From NCBI GenBank assembly GCA_014384565.1, contig JACNFO010000039.1, positions 623-64,622 on the forward strand: a stretch of 64,000 nt of DNA, read 5' to 3'. Below the pieces are notes generated by a model. That model was given only the letters and a program-made list of their open reading frames with translations. It searched no databases and had not been told where the DNA came from. Positions 22,073 to 32,076 of this stretch are shown one piece after another. This DNA comes from Candidatus Pseudothioglobus aerophilus (lineage in GTDB: Bacteria; Pseudomonadota; Gammaproteobacteria; PS1; Pseudothioglobaceae). The position numbers and the translations under genes were made by a program. How positions within the stretch are numbered: position 1 is the first letter of the stretch; every line of letters starts with the position of its first letter.

Positions 22073-22906
22073 TTATAACCTTGCCTTGTAGGCTGTTAAA
22101 GTATTCTCAAGTAACACTGCAATAGTCATTGGCCCAACACCTCCAGGAACAGGAGAGATAGCAGAGACCATGCCTTTAACAGCTTCATAATCCACATCAC
22201 CCGTCAATGCCCCATTATCAAGCCTATTAATACCAACATCAATTACAACGGCGCCTTCTTTTATCCAGTCAGCGTTAACTAAGTTGGCAACTCCAGCAGC
22301 AGCAATAATAACATCTGCAGACTTAGTTTTAACCTTTATATCTTTTGTCTCCTTGTGGCAAACTTGAACTGTAGCGCCTGCATTGAGAAGTTCCATTGCC
22401 ATTGGCCTTCCCACAATATTTGAGGCGCCAATGATTACGCAATCCTTACCCCTAAGTTCACACTTGATAGAGGCTAACATTTTCATAACGCCTCTTGGAG
22501 TACAAGGACTAATGAATGGTTTTTTTAAGCTTAACTTGCCAATATTTTCACTACTAAAACCATCAACATCTTTTTCGGGAATAATCGACTCAATTATTAC
22601 ATTTGCATCAATGTGAGCAGGCAAAGGAAGTTGAACTAAGATGCCATCGATATTATTATTTACATTAAGCCTTTGAACTTCCGAGAGGAGCTCTTCTTGA
22701 GTAATATTTGCGGATTTATGAATCTGATCAGAATAAAAGCCAACCTGGACGCAAGCTTTAGACTTGTTTCTTACATAGACCTTAGAAGCTTCATCATCAC
22801 CAACTAAAATGACTGCAAGTCCGGGAGGTCTAGAATATTGCTTAACCTCATTAGCAATATTTTTTCTAAGATTTTCAGCAAGAACTCTGCCATCTATAAT
22901 CTTCAT
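22073..22906 (-). CDS. folD: Methylene-THF dehydrogenase/cyclohydrolase
   Basis: PGLAVILVG, GILVQLPLP, EKDVDG, PCTPRG, GASNIVGRP, PVPGGVGPMT. Confidence 0.96.
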   Translation of the reverse strand: MKIIDGRVLAENLRKNIANEVKQYSRPPGLAVILVGDDEASKVYVRNKSKACVQVGFYSDQIHKSANITQEELLSEVQRLNVNNNIDGILVQLPLPAHIDANVIIESIIPEKDVDGFSSENIGKLSLKKPFISPCTPRGVMKMLASIKCELRGKDCVIIGASNIVGRPMAMELLNAGATVQVCHKETKDIKVKTKSADVIIAAAGVANLVNADWIKEGAVVIDVGINRLDNGALTGDVDYEAVKGMVSAISPVPGGVGPMTIAVLLENTLTAYKARL

Positions 22907-23028
22907 TTGTGTAGCTCTCCAGATTTATAAATACGAAAGTGATATTATCGTAGTAAAAAAAAAGAAAATTATTAATTAATTTCACTTAGATTTGAATTTA
23001 AAAGGGCTCTACTAGAAATGGATAGAAT

Positions 23029-25473
23029 CTAGTCAATTCCTAGTAACTTTCTTCTCTTCGTTGCCCAGGTCTGGATTAAATGATCCACTGCAAGACCGAT
23101 AAACGCCACGCATAAACCAAGCATTAGACCAGTTCCAATATTGCCTCCAGAAAAAAGTTGTTGCATTATTTCTTGGCCTAAATCTGTAGTACCAATAAAC
23201 GCACCTATAATAACCATAAACAATGCAAAAATAACGCACTGATTGACGCCCAGCATAATATGTGGGAAAGCTAATGGGAACTCGATTTTAACCATACGCT
23301 GAAGTTTTGTTGCGCCCGACATATCTCCCGCTTCAAGCAAAGATTCTGGTACATTTCTCAGGCCTTCTACGGTGTAGCGAGTAGGCGGAATAACAGCGTA
23401 GACAATGACCGCAATTAACACTGAAGTGTCAGTCACACCAAAGAGCATAATCACCGGAATAAGATAAATGAACGACGGAAAAGTTTGAAAAGTGTCACAA
23501 ACCAAAAGAATGAATTTGGTTGCCCTCTTATTTTGCACACAGATTGCACCAACAATCGTACCAATAATAACAGAAACAATGACTGCAAACGTCAGCATAT
23601 ACATAGTTATCAAGGCTCTTTCCCACCAGGGTGTTAGAGCAATAAACAACATAAACAAACCAATTACAATCGCAGAACGAATGCCACCGATAATGTAACC
23701 AACACCCATTGTTAGAACAAAAGTTGCTATTGCTGGCATGGCCAGATAAGACGCTTTCATTGGCATCAACACTTCCACCAGTAACCACTTGTTAAATATT
23801 TTAATATCCGCTCTCCAATTTGAAACCATGTAGTCAACGCCTGCCTGCCAAAATGGCTCAGTGGTAATACCTTTGTTGTGGGGTATCGTGTGAAAATAGT
23901 TAATACCTTTTGCAGTATCAGCAAACATCCAGTTACCAAACCAAGCAAACAAAAGAGCGGCAAAGAAAACTGCAACAAACAAAAGAGCTGTTTTATTTCT
24001 ATCAACAAAAGAAAGGTCAGCAAAGTAGTCGGTTTGCTTATTGGCCCAAGCTAAAGATAATTTATCTAACACTACAGCAATCAGGACAATACATACTCCT
24101 AATTCTAGCGCTTGACCTACCCTTAGTTGGTTTAGAGCGAGTAATAAGTTAAAACCCAGGCCCTTAGCTCCAATAAAAGAAGCAATCACTACCATAGCCA
24201 AGCACTGCATAATTACCTGGTTGACGCCAATTAAAATGTCGCGCCTTGCAGTAGGTATCAAAACTTTAAACATCAGTTGATAATTATGGCAACCACTCAT
24301 CATGCCTGCATCTAAAACCTCTGGAGAGACTCTTTTGAGACCTAGCAAGGTGAGTCGAATCATCGGAGGTGTTGCAAAAATTATTGTTGCAATCGCACCC
24401 GCATGGTCACCAATACCAAAGAACACAATTACTGGTACCAAATACGCGAAATGTGGAAACGTTTGTGCAACGAGGAGCAATGGCGTTATTACTCTCTCAA
24501 CCGTTCTACTCTTGTAGGCAAGCACAGCCCAGATAACACCTAATAAAACAGAGACTGGTGCAGCAACCAACACCAAAGAGAGTGTCTGCATTGCGGGTTC
24601 CCATTGGCCGAATACAGCCAAGTAAATACAACTGAAACCAGCCAATATAGAAAGACCCACACCTTTAAGTTTATAACCCAAAATAAAAGCACCGGCAGTT
24701 AATACTGTCCAAGGAATAGCAGGGACACTGGAGTACCACTTATCCTTATTTTCAGCGAGCCAATCCCAGCCGGATTGATCACTAAAAACATTGGCAAGTG
24801 AAACGACTGTCTCAAAACCACCAATCAATAATTCCCGAATTAAAGTAATTAAAAACAATAAAGTGGCGCCAATAGCTCGGGTAAATAATCGAACTCGACC
24901 ATAGTCTTCATAGTCTTCAATTTCTGGGTCGTAAACTGGTGTCACCCAAAATTCGAATATGAGGTACTGAGAAAAATCTTGCAACATTGATGGTAATTCC
25001 CAAAACGTACTTCTTGTCACCTCACCAAAAAACCAGTTATACAAAGTAGGTATAAACAGAAGTCCCACAATAATACCAACAAAGCCCTTGCTAATAATTT
25101 GAAACCAATTGAAACTTAACCACTGTGATTTATTGACGCTCTCTGCAAAGCTTTTGTATAAGAGCCCAGCAGTTACCAATAAAGCTATTAGAACATAGGT
25201 GGCGGAAGTGTTAATGACAGGGTGATAAAAAGTCAGCTCAGGAATTCTAACGAGTTGAGGAGGAAGTTGCCAATTCAGAATCATTGACATGGATTCAGCA
25301 AAACCAGCCGAAGATTGTATTTCTCCCTTAACAACAGACTTGGCAAATAAATGACGCTCTACTATCAAATCATGGTATTGCCCTGTCATTGACATGAGAA
25401 TAAAAAACACAATGAGGACAATGCCCAATTGCGTCAGTTTAGGGCGTTCAGATAAATAATTGATAAAGTTCAT
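23029..25473 (-). CDS. tmoV: ABC transporter permease with two fused ProW-type modules (TmoV-like)
   Basis: Two copies of QTFP.F.YL.P / EAA-like loop / GAKGLG-GTTDLG; downstream of tmoW and tmoX. Confidence 0.75.
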   Translation of the reverse strand: MNFINYLSERPKLTQLGIVLIVFFILMSMTGQYHDLIVERHLFAKSVVKGEIQSSAGFAESMSMILNWQLPPQLVRIPELTFYHPVINTSATYVLIALLVTAGLLYKSFAESVNKSQWLSFNWFQIISKGFVGIIVGLLFIPTLYNWFFGEVTRSTFWELPSMLQDFSQYLIFEFWVTPVYDPEIEDYEDYGRVRLFTRAIGATLLFLITLIRELLIGGFETVVSLANVFSDQSGWDWLAENKDKWYSSVPAIPWTVLTAGAFILGYKLKGVGLSILAGFSCIYLAVFGQWEPAMQTLSLVLVAAPVSVLLGVIWAVLAYKSRTVERVITPLLLVAQTFPHFAYLVPVIVFFGIGDHAGAIATIIFATPPMIRLTLLGLKRVSPEVLDAGMMSGCHNYQLMFKVLIPTARRDILIGVNQVIMQCLAMVVIASFIGAKGLGFNLLLALNQLRVGQALELGVCIVLIAVVLDKLSLAWANKQTDYFADLSFVDRNKTALLFVAVFFAALLFAWFGNWMFADTAKGINYFHTIPHNKGITTEPFWQAGVDYMVSNWRADIKIFNKWLLVEVLMPMKASYLAMPAIATFVLTMGVGYIIGGIRSAIVIGLFMLFIALTPWWERALITMYMLTFAVIVSVIIGTIVGAICVQNKRATKFILLVCDTFQTFPSFIYLIPVIMLFGVTDTSVLIAVIVYAVIPPTRYTVEGLRNVPESLLEAGDMSGATKLQRMVKIEFPLAFPHIMLGVNQCVIFALFMVIIGAFIGTTDLGQEIMQQLFSGGNIGTGLMLGLCVAFIGLAVDHLIQTWATKRRKLLGID

Positions 25474-25483
25474 GGTGCTAGCC

Positions 25484-26533
25484 TTAAGCGTTGCTTTCTA
25501 GTGTTGAATTTTCACCAAATAACACATGAATTACTTTAGATGAATGAACAACACCAACAATATCATCATTTGCATTGAGTACGGGAACTGATTTAGGGTC
25601 GCCGAGCACAGCTTCGGCAACAGTTTCAATAATGGCATCTTCGGAGACCCTTAAATCACTAAAGTCTGTTTCATCGCCAACAGGCTCCATCACTGATTTA
25701 ATTTTAAGAACCTTCTCCCTTGGAACATCCTCTGTAAACTTGCGAACGTATTCTGTTGCTGGATTAAGAACTATATTTGCAGGTGTATCCAATTGCTCGA
25801 TAATGCCATCTTTCATGATTGCAATCCGATCGGCAAGCCTTAGTGCTTCATCAAAGTCATGAGTAACGAAAAGAATCGTCTTATTTAGGACACCCTGAAG
25901 CCTTAGAAACTCATCTTGCATCTCTTTACGAATTAACGGATCTAATGCTGAGAAGGGCTCATCCAAGAACCAAATATCGGGTTCAACAGCTAGAGAGCGT
26001 GCGATTCCAACTCGTTGCTGCTGACCACCAGAGAGTTGTCTTGGGAAATAATTCTCACGACCAGTTAAGCCAACAAGGTCAACCATGTCTTTGGCTCTTT
26101 GCATGCTGTCTTTTGTGCTATTGCCTTTCACTTGCAATGGAAACGCTATATTCTCTAATACGGTTTTATGGGGTAATAATGCAAAACTCTGAAACACCAT
26201 GCCCATCTTGTTGCGACGAAGTTCTATCAACTCCTTATCACTCATTGAGGTTAAATCTTCACCCTCAATATAAATATTCCCTGCAGTGGCATCGGTTAGT
26301 CTTGAAATACAACGAAGCAAGGTCGACTTGCCCGAGCCTGAAAGACCCATAACCACAAGCATCTCACCCTTATTAACCTCGAAAGAGGCATTATTAACTC
26401 CGACTACACAGCCAGCTTTTTGAAATTCTTCAGCAACAACCTTGCCATTTGCATTTTTAAGCATTTTTTCGGCATTTTTGCCAAATATTTTATAAACGGA
26501 ATCGCATTTAATTACAGGTTGCTGATCAGACAT
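25484..26533 (-). CDS. tmoW: ProV-type ABC ATPase (TmoW-like)
   Basis: GLSGSGKSTL, LSGGQQQRVG, DEPFSALDPLIR, VTHD. Confidence 0.8.
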   Translation of the reverse strand: MSDQQPVIKCDSVYKIFGKNAEKMLKNANGKVVAEEFQKAGCVVGVNNASFEVNKGEMLVVMGLSGSGKSTLLRCISRLTDATAGNIYIEGEDLTSMSDKELIELRRNKMGMVFQSFALLPHKTVLENIAFPLQVKGNSTKDSMQRAKDMVDLVGLTGRENYFPRQLSGGQQQRVGIARSLAVEPDIWFLDEPFSALDPLIRKEMQDEFLRLQGVLNKTILFVTHDFDEALRLADRIAIMKDGIIEQLDTPANIVLNPATEYVRKFTEDVPREKVLKIKSVMEPVGDETDFSDLRVSEDAIIETVAEAVLGDPKSVPVLNANDDIVGVVHSSKVIHVLFGENSTLESNA

Positions 26534-26581
26534 AATATCTTCCTAAATTCTTTGAAACAAATAACACACTACCAGTATATA

Positions 26582-26626
26582 TAAAAATACCCCTACCCCC
26601 TCATAATAAATTTGAGGGCAAGGGTA
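26582..26626 (-). terminator. Intrinsic terminator-like hairpin between tmoX and tmoW
   Basis: Minus strand TACCCTTGCCCTCA...TGAGGGGGTAGGGGTA followed by TTTTT. Confidence 0.6.
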
Positions 26627-26679
26627 CTTAACAAACACCCCTTATTCTATTTGAATGAAGAGTGCTCTAGATTAAAGGG

Positions 26680-27636
26680 TTATTTGGTGAAAGCCATCCA
26701 AACATCCTCGTTATCCGCAAGCCACTTAGCTGCAGCATCCTCATGAGACATCTTATCAATATCAACTAGAGCAGCCATCTGACCGATCATGCCAGTCGTG
26801 AAGTCTATCTTAGTGTATGCCTTATACGCCATTGGATGAGTCTTAGGGAACTTATAGTTCGCCGCTTTCTTCAACCAACCTCTAGGAGATCCACAAGCCC
26901 CGTCACCACCTTCTGTTTCACGGCAACCAAAGAAGTATGGAGGAAACTCTATGAAGTAAAAACCATCACTATCCGTAAAGTTAGGTGTCCAGTTAAATAT
27001 AATTATGCCTTCTCCAGCAGCTTCTGCAGAATCAATAGCGGCCCAAAGGGCGTCTGCACTACCAGTTTGTTTATAAGTATATTCATCATCTAAACCAAGA
27101 GCTCCAATACGATCTTCAAATAGATTCTTTCCGGTTTCAGCATCAACATGCCAAGGACCGTCTAAGAAAACACCTTTACCACCAGAATCGGCAGTGGCAA
27201 AAACTGATCCACAACCTTTAAGAGCCTCCCAATTTGGAAGTCCAGGACATAGATTTTTCTCTATTACGAAGTTAGGAACGCCCATATCTTCAATAGTCAA
27301 GGCAGAATGGGTACCAGCTTCTATTAGACCGCCCTTCTCCATGGCTGTATAGTAAGCGTTGCCAAAGGCTCCTTCCCAAACTTCGTGAGATATAGTAACG
27401 TCTCCAAGACGAATCGATTCATATACACCTGACGAGTCAGCAGGAACGTAAGATACGTTGTTACCCATAGACTCAAAAATACCACCAATAACGTAGGACA
27501 TAACCACTTGGCTTGACCAGTTGTGAATTGGTATAACGATTGGCTTTGAAGAGTCAGCTGCAAGAGCTTGACCCGATACAGAAGCTAAAGTCATCGTTAA
27601 AGCAGCAGCAGCTACTTTACTTGTAAACTTATTCAT
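26680..27636 (-). CDS. tmoX: TMAO-binding periplasmic protein (TmoX-like)
   Basis: Signal peptide; DSSKPIVIPIHNWSSQ, VYESIRLGDV, HEVWE, LCPGLP, ADALWA, FNWTPNF. These match TmoX proteins as I recall them; lies next to tdm. Confidence 0.8.
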   Translation of the reverse strand: MNKFTSKVAAAALTMTLASVSGQALAADSSKPIVIPIHNWSSQVVMSYVIGGIFESMGNNVSYVPADSSGVYESIRLGDVTISHEVWEGAFGNAYYTAMEKGGLIEAGTHSALTIEDMGVPNFVIEKNLCPGLPNWEALKGCGSVFATADSGGKGVFLDGPWHVDAETGKNLFEDRIGALGLDDEYTYKQTGSADALWAAIDSAEAAGEGIIIFNWTPNFTDSDGFYFIEFPPYFFGCRETEGGDGACGSPRGWLKKAANYKFPKTHPMAYKAYTKIDFTTGMIGQMAALVDIDKMSHEDAAAKWLADNEDVWMAFTK

Positions 27637-27800
27637 TTATTTCTCCTTTTATTGTTTAATCAAATATATTTAAGATAATTAAAAAAAATCTCAAAAAATT
27701 CAACCTTAAAATGATTTTTTTAACAAATACTGTCTTAAAAACCATACTTACAGCTTTAGACTTAATTACTAATCTAAAACATTCTTTTGCCTGAAAATAA

Positions 27801-30101
27801 CTACATTCTTACTCGAGTTTTTTCAGGATCATAAAATGGAAAGCGGACCACCTTTGCAGATAAACGCTTATGGTGTCCATCGAGCTTTCCTACTTCAACT
27901 TCATTATCAATCTCTGACGCTGAAACTGAAATTCGACATAATGCAATGTTCTTTTTAAGTATCGGCGAACGTGTTGCACTTGTAATAATTCCAACTTGTT
28001 GTTTTCCAATATACACCCCATCACCATGGAGCGCAACTTCATTAGAATCTAATTCTAACCCAACTAGAACTCTTTGTGGAGAATTCTTCCGAAGAATTAA
28101 TGATTCCTTACCAGAAAAATCTTCCTCTTTTGTTTTCAATGGAACCGTAAACGCAATGCCTGCTTCAAATGGGTCCGTTTGATCACAGAACTCATAACCG
28201 GCAAAAATTAAACCTGCCTCAATTCTTAGCATATCAAGAGCATTCAATCCTAATGGACATATACCAAACTCTTCTCCAGCCTCTGCAATAGCATCCCAAA
28301 CGGCTTCACAATCATTAGGGTGTGCAAACACTTCATAACCTAGCTCACCAGAATATCCAGTCCTAGAAACCATCACAGGTATTCCAAACTCGCCGCCAAT
28401 TCTACCAATGGTAAAACGGAACCACTTAAGATCCTCAAGACTCGTTTGGAGTTTTGGCGTCCAGATAATTTTCTCTAAAGTTTCGCGGCTCTTTGGACCC
28501 TGAACAGCAACGTTGTGAAGCTGGTCTGTTGAAGACTTAACACGGACATCAAACCCTTTTTCATTTGCAATTTTTCGAAGCAGTTTCCCGCCATCATCCG
28601 AGCCACCAATCCATCTAAAATTATTTTCATCAAGACGGAAAAGCGTTCCATCATCAACCATACATCCATTGTCATAGCACATTGCAGAATAGACAACCTG
28701 GCCAATCGCAAGCTTTCTAACATCTTTGGTAATAGCATATTGCATTAATGCTTCAGCATCTTGACCGTAAACTTCAAACTTTCTAAGAGGTGCAAGGTCA
28801 ATCATTGCTACCCCTTCACGGCACTGCCAATATTCTTTAATTGCACCTAAATTATCGTATTCAAGTGGAAGCCAATAGCCATTATAGTTATCAAAGTTTT
28901 TAGTTAGCTTAGAGGTATTTTTATGAAAACCAGTTTCTTTAGTCATAGTTGGTATTGATTGTGGATCAGGCCTAAAAGCCGTAGCCGATGAGAAATTATT
29001 GGATTTATTATAAATTCTAACGTGAATGTCTGTTGGATTCCAGCCATTAGAAGAGGTCGTATCATCTGGACAAGCTGATGAAACGCATACCAGGTCATCA
29101 ACAGCTCTAAATAATACATAGTCACCAGGTCTAGACCAAGAAACATCTGAGCTTAATGAATGACACTCTTCAATAGCAGTATTAAAAAAGAGATTAACAG
29201 CTGCCCAATTTTGTCTTGGAGTAACCCCGTATTTAGAAAGAGATTTATTGAAATTATCAGTACAACTAATATGTCCAGGGAATCCCCTATCATCATAATA
29301 TTTGGCGTTGCATGCAAGGCCAAAGGTGTCATGTCTACACACAGTGTCTTGTATTACTTCTACTAGTGGCACTGAATTTTGGTTGTAGAACTTATCGTGA
29401 GTCCCTGGCGCTGGGTAACTTGCCAGCATCTGCGACCTTGTCACTGTTGGATCAAGGCAAAGCTCTAGATTATTTTTTAAATCTTCTTCTAAAAATGCTT
29501 GAAAATCTGAGCATTGCTGGCCCTCAACATCAATAATTTGAATATATTCACCGGCCTTTACTTTATAGGCAACCGCAGAGCTATTATTTATCCGAATCTC
29601 TTTAGATGTTTTGGCAAGGGGCTCAGGAAGTCTCTCAGAGGGGTTTGATGGATTTGAGCGAGATACATTAATTAAAATCTCTGTAGGAGAATTTTGTTTA
29701 TCTACTATCATTGGCCCACCTTTTGCATCAAATACACATAAGGCATCATTTTTAATATTAAAAGATTGACGAGAATCAGCAGGGTTTGATGCTGAAAAAA
29801 GCTCCGTACCATTTAGTTCTTTTGAATCAATTTGGTTGTGTTTTATAATTGCCTTAAACATATCCGAACAATCATCTACACTTATTTCAGATGCATTACT
29901 TTTAGGTTTTGAATTCCAGCTTAAAGTTGATAATACTGATAATTTTTCAGCATTAAAAGCAAGAACACTGCACTGTTGATCTCCCTCTACATCGACTATC
30001 TCTACTGAATCGCCACTCTTTAAGTCAATTGAAATTGCCTCACCACCAAGAAGTTGGTAGGTTTCACAATCGCCATCATATTTAATATTAGAAACTCTCA
30101 T
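27801..30101 (-). CDS. tdm: Trimethylamine N-oxide demethylase (DUF1989 + GcvT-like domain)
   Basis: QQCSDF, RHDTFGLAC..YY...GFPGHISC.DNF, WSRPGDYVL, SSACPDD metal motifs; C-terminal aminomethyltransferase domain (DDGT, RTGYSGELGYE). Confidence 0.87.
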   Translation of the reverse strand: MRVSNIKYDGDCETYQLLGGEAISIDLKSGDSVEIVDVEGDQQCSVLAFNAEKLSVLSTLSWNSKPKSNASEISVDDCSDMFKAIIKHNQIDSKELNGTELFSASNPADSRQSFNIKNDALCVFDAKGGPMIVDKQNSPTEILINVSRSNPSNPSERLPEPLAKTSKEIRINNSSAVAYKVKAGEYIQIIDVEGQQCSDFQAFLEEDLKNNLELCLDPTVTRSQMLASYPAPGTHDKFYNQNSVPLVEVIQDTVCRHDTFGLACNAKYYDDRGFPGHISCTDNFNKSLSKYGVTPRQNWAAVNLFFNTAIEECHSLSSDVSWSRPGDYVLFRAVDDLVCVSSACPDDTTSSNGWNPTDIHVRIYNKSNNFSSATAFRPDPQSIPTMTKETGFHKNTSKLTKNFDNYNGYWLPLEYDNLGAIKEYWQCREGVAMIDLAPLRKFEVYGQDAEALMQYAITKDVRKLAIGQVVYSAMCYDNGCMVDDGTLFRLDENNFRWIGGSDDGGKLLRKIANEKGFDVRVKSSTDQLHNVAVQGPKSRETLEKIIWTPKLQTSLEDLKWFRFTIGRIGGEFGIPVMVSRTGYSGELGYEVFAHPNDCEAVWDAIAEAGEEFGICPLGLNALDMLRIEAGLIFAGYEFCDQTDPFEAGIAFTVPLKTKEEDFSGKESLILRKNSPQRVLVGLELDSNEVALHGDGVYIGKQQVGIITSATRSPILKKNIALCRISVSASEIDNEVEVGKLDGHHKRLSAKVVRFPFYDPEKTRVRM

Positions 30102-30129
30102 TTAGTAGAATAATTTAACAGATAATTTG

Positions 30130-30157
30130 AGTATACATAGAATAATTTATAGGTCAA
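30130..30157 (-). promoter_or_regulatory. Sigma70-type promoter for tdm
   Basis: Minus strand TTGACC-N16-TATACT(CAAA). Confidence 0.55.
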
Positions 30158-30204
30158 TTTGAAAATATTCATGCTTCGATGAAATGAATTGCAAGCTAAA
30201 AAAA

Positions 30205-30246
30205 TAGTTTATACGGCACTCCAGGGGGTGGAATGCCGAAAAACTA
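30205..30246 (-). terminator. GC-rich hairpin downstream of the GS-like/mgsABC/orf operon
   Basis: Minus strand CGGCATTCCA-CCCCC-TGGAGTGCCG with AT-rich flanking arms, then TATTTTTT. Confidence 0.5.
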
Positions 30247-30305
30247 AGGAGTTAAGATTCAGAGCCTTGCTCTAAACTAACCCCTTTAGAAACCACTTAC
30301 AGTAG

Positions 30306-30692
30306 TTAGAATTTACGGTAAGCGTTATTAAGGTCAACCATTGGGTGGTTTTCTGACATTTGAAACTTAACTAATAATTCACGAGCAATCATATCTCGCT
30401 CTTGCTGGTTATTTGGAAGTTTTATATTGTCCGGAATAGTGACCCAACCATTAATATTTCTATCAAAAACAGCAGCTTGATCGCCCTCATAACCCATATG
30501 AATATCTTCTAACCAGTTAAGATCTTTCCAGCCCATTTTTTCAATATATTTTTGTAAAAAAGGCGTTATAAACTTAAGATCAGGAACAAGGTTTACATCA
30601 TATCTATAACCGATATGTTGTCCAATCATTTGCTCGCGATCGGTATCTAAGCCATCAGCACCAACTACAAATGTTTCTTCATTTTTACTCAT
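30306..30692 (-). CDS. Hypothetical 128-aa protein, last gene of the GS-like/mgs operon
   Basis: GGAG RBS; starts 14 nt after the mgsC stop; protein-like composition; no motif I recognise. Confidence 0.75.
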   Translation of the reverse strand: MSKNEETFVVGADGLDTDREQMIGQHIGYRYDVNLVPDLKFITPFLQKYIEKMGWKDLNWLEDIHMGYEGDQAAVFDRNINGWVTIPDNIKLPNNQQERDMIARELLVKFQMSENHPMVDLNNAYRKF

Positions 30693-30706
30693 AATAACTC
30701 CTTATC

Positions 30707-32041
30707 TTAAAAACGTGTCATATCAGGACGACCAACCGTGTGCTGTGAACCTGCAATAGGAACTTGTGCACAAGCTGAAGCCTCCATAGTAAGAGCAGCT
30801 AGATCTTCTGGCTCTAATGAGTGTATATTTGTCTTACCACAGGCACGAGCCATCATTTGAGTCTCGATTGCTAGTGTATGTAAGAAGTTGTATACACGCT
30901 CTGATGCTTCATCCGGATCCAGACGCTTTCTAAGTTCAGGATCTTGAGTTGCAACACCAACCGGGCAGCGCCCAGTATGACAGTGGTAACATTCACCGGC
31001 TTTAACGCCCATTTCAGCTTCATAATTAGCTTCAGGAATATCTCTATTACAGTTAAGCGCCATAAGCGATGAGTGGCCAATCGCAACTGCGTCAGCACCA
31101 AGTGCAACGGCTTTAGCTACGTCACCACCATTTCGAATACCACCCGCATAAACTAAAGAAATTCTGCCGCTCATCCCAACATCATCAATCGCCCTTCGAG
31201 CTTGACGAATTGCTGCAATTCCTGGTACTCCAGTTTCTTCTGTCGCAATATGTGGTCCAGCAGCAGTGCCGCCTTCCATTCCATCAATATAAATACTATC
31301 ACAACCAGTCTTAGCGGCCATACGTACATCATCGTATACACGCGCTGCACCAAGTTTAAGCTGAATTGGAATCTGACCATCTGTCGCTTCACGAATCTCT
31401 TCAATCTTTAGCGCCAAGTCATCTGGTCCAAGCCAGTCTGGATGTCTCGCAGGAGATCGCTGATCAATACCGGCAGGTAAAGAACGCATTTCAGCAACCT
31501 GGTCTGTAACTTTTTGGCCCATTAGGTGTCCACCTAAACCAACCTTACAGCCTTGACCAATAAAAAATTCAACACTATCCGCTAAACGTAAATGTTGTGG
31601 GTTAAAGCCATAACGCGACTGAATACACTGGTAGAACCACTTACTTGAGTAGCGTCTCTCATCTGGAATCATTCCGCCCTCACCTGAACAGGTGGCAGTT
31701 CCGGCCATCGTAGCACCGCGAGCTAGAGCTGTTTTAGCCTCATAACTCAATGCACCAAAGCTCATTCCAGTAATGTAAATTGGAATGTCCAGCTCTAATG
31801 GTCTTGGAGCCTCTGGCCCAATAATTGTCTTAGTTAAGCATTTTTCTCTATAACCCTCAATAACAAAACGAGTTAACGTTCCAGGCATGAAAGTCAAGTC
31901 ATCCCATGTTGGAATTTTTTTAAATAGAGAGAAACCTCTCATTCTGTATCTACCCAAATCAGACTTGATGTGAATATCATCCATCACCGCTTTAGGGAAG
32001 ATAAAACTTTTTCCTAGTCTATGGTTTTCTGAATCACTCAT
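30707..32041 (-). CDS. mgsC: N-methylglutamate synthase FMN/Fe-S subunit (MgsC/GlxD-like)
   Basis: GMSFGALS, GEGGM, IGQG.K.G.GG.L.GQKV, RHPDW.GPDDL, GGIRNGGDVAKA, CYHCHTGRCPVG Fe-S motif. Confidence 0.8.
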   Translation of the reverse strand: MSDSENHRLGKSFIFPKAVMDDIHIKSDLGRYRMRGFSLFKKIPTWDDLTFMPGTLTRFVIEGYREKCLTKTIIGPEAPRPLELDIPIYITGMSFGALSYEAKTALARGATMAGTATCSGEGGMIPDERRYSSKWFYQCIQSRYGFNPQHLRLADSVEFFIGQGCKVGLGGHLMGQKVTDQVAEMRSLPAGIDQRSPARHPDWLGPDDLALKIEEIREATDGQIPIQLKLGAARVYDDVRMAAKTGCDSIYIDGMEGGTAAGPHIATEETGVPGIAAIRQARRAIDDVGMSGRISLVYAGGIRNGGDVAKAVALGADAVAIGHSSLMALNCNRDIPEANYEAEMGVKAGECYHCHTGRCPVGVATQDPELRKRLDPDEASERVYNFLHTLAIETQMMARACGKTNIHSLEPEDLAALTMEASACAQVPIAGSQHTVGRPDMTRF

Positions 32042-32076
32042 AATATTTCCTTTTGTTTAATTTGTTAAAAATGCTA

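Noticed and set aside
30306-30692. 128-aa protein as a DMA monooxygenase subunit
   Set aside because: No heme, Fe-S or reductase motifs and no companion dmm genes, so the assignment is unsupported.
30860-31070. Fe-S cysteines of MgsC (CYHCHTGRC) as a novelty
   Set aside because: This motif is standard in glutamate-synthase-family FMN subunits and in some characterised MgsC proteins.
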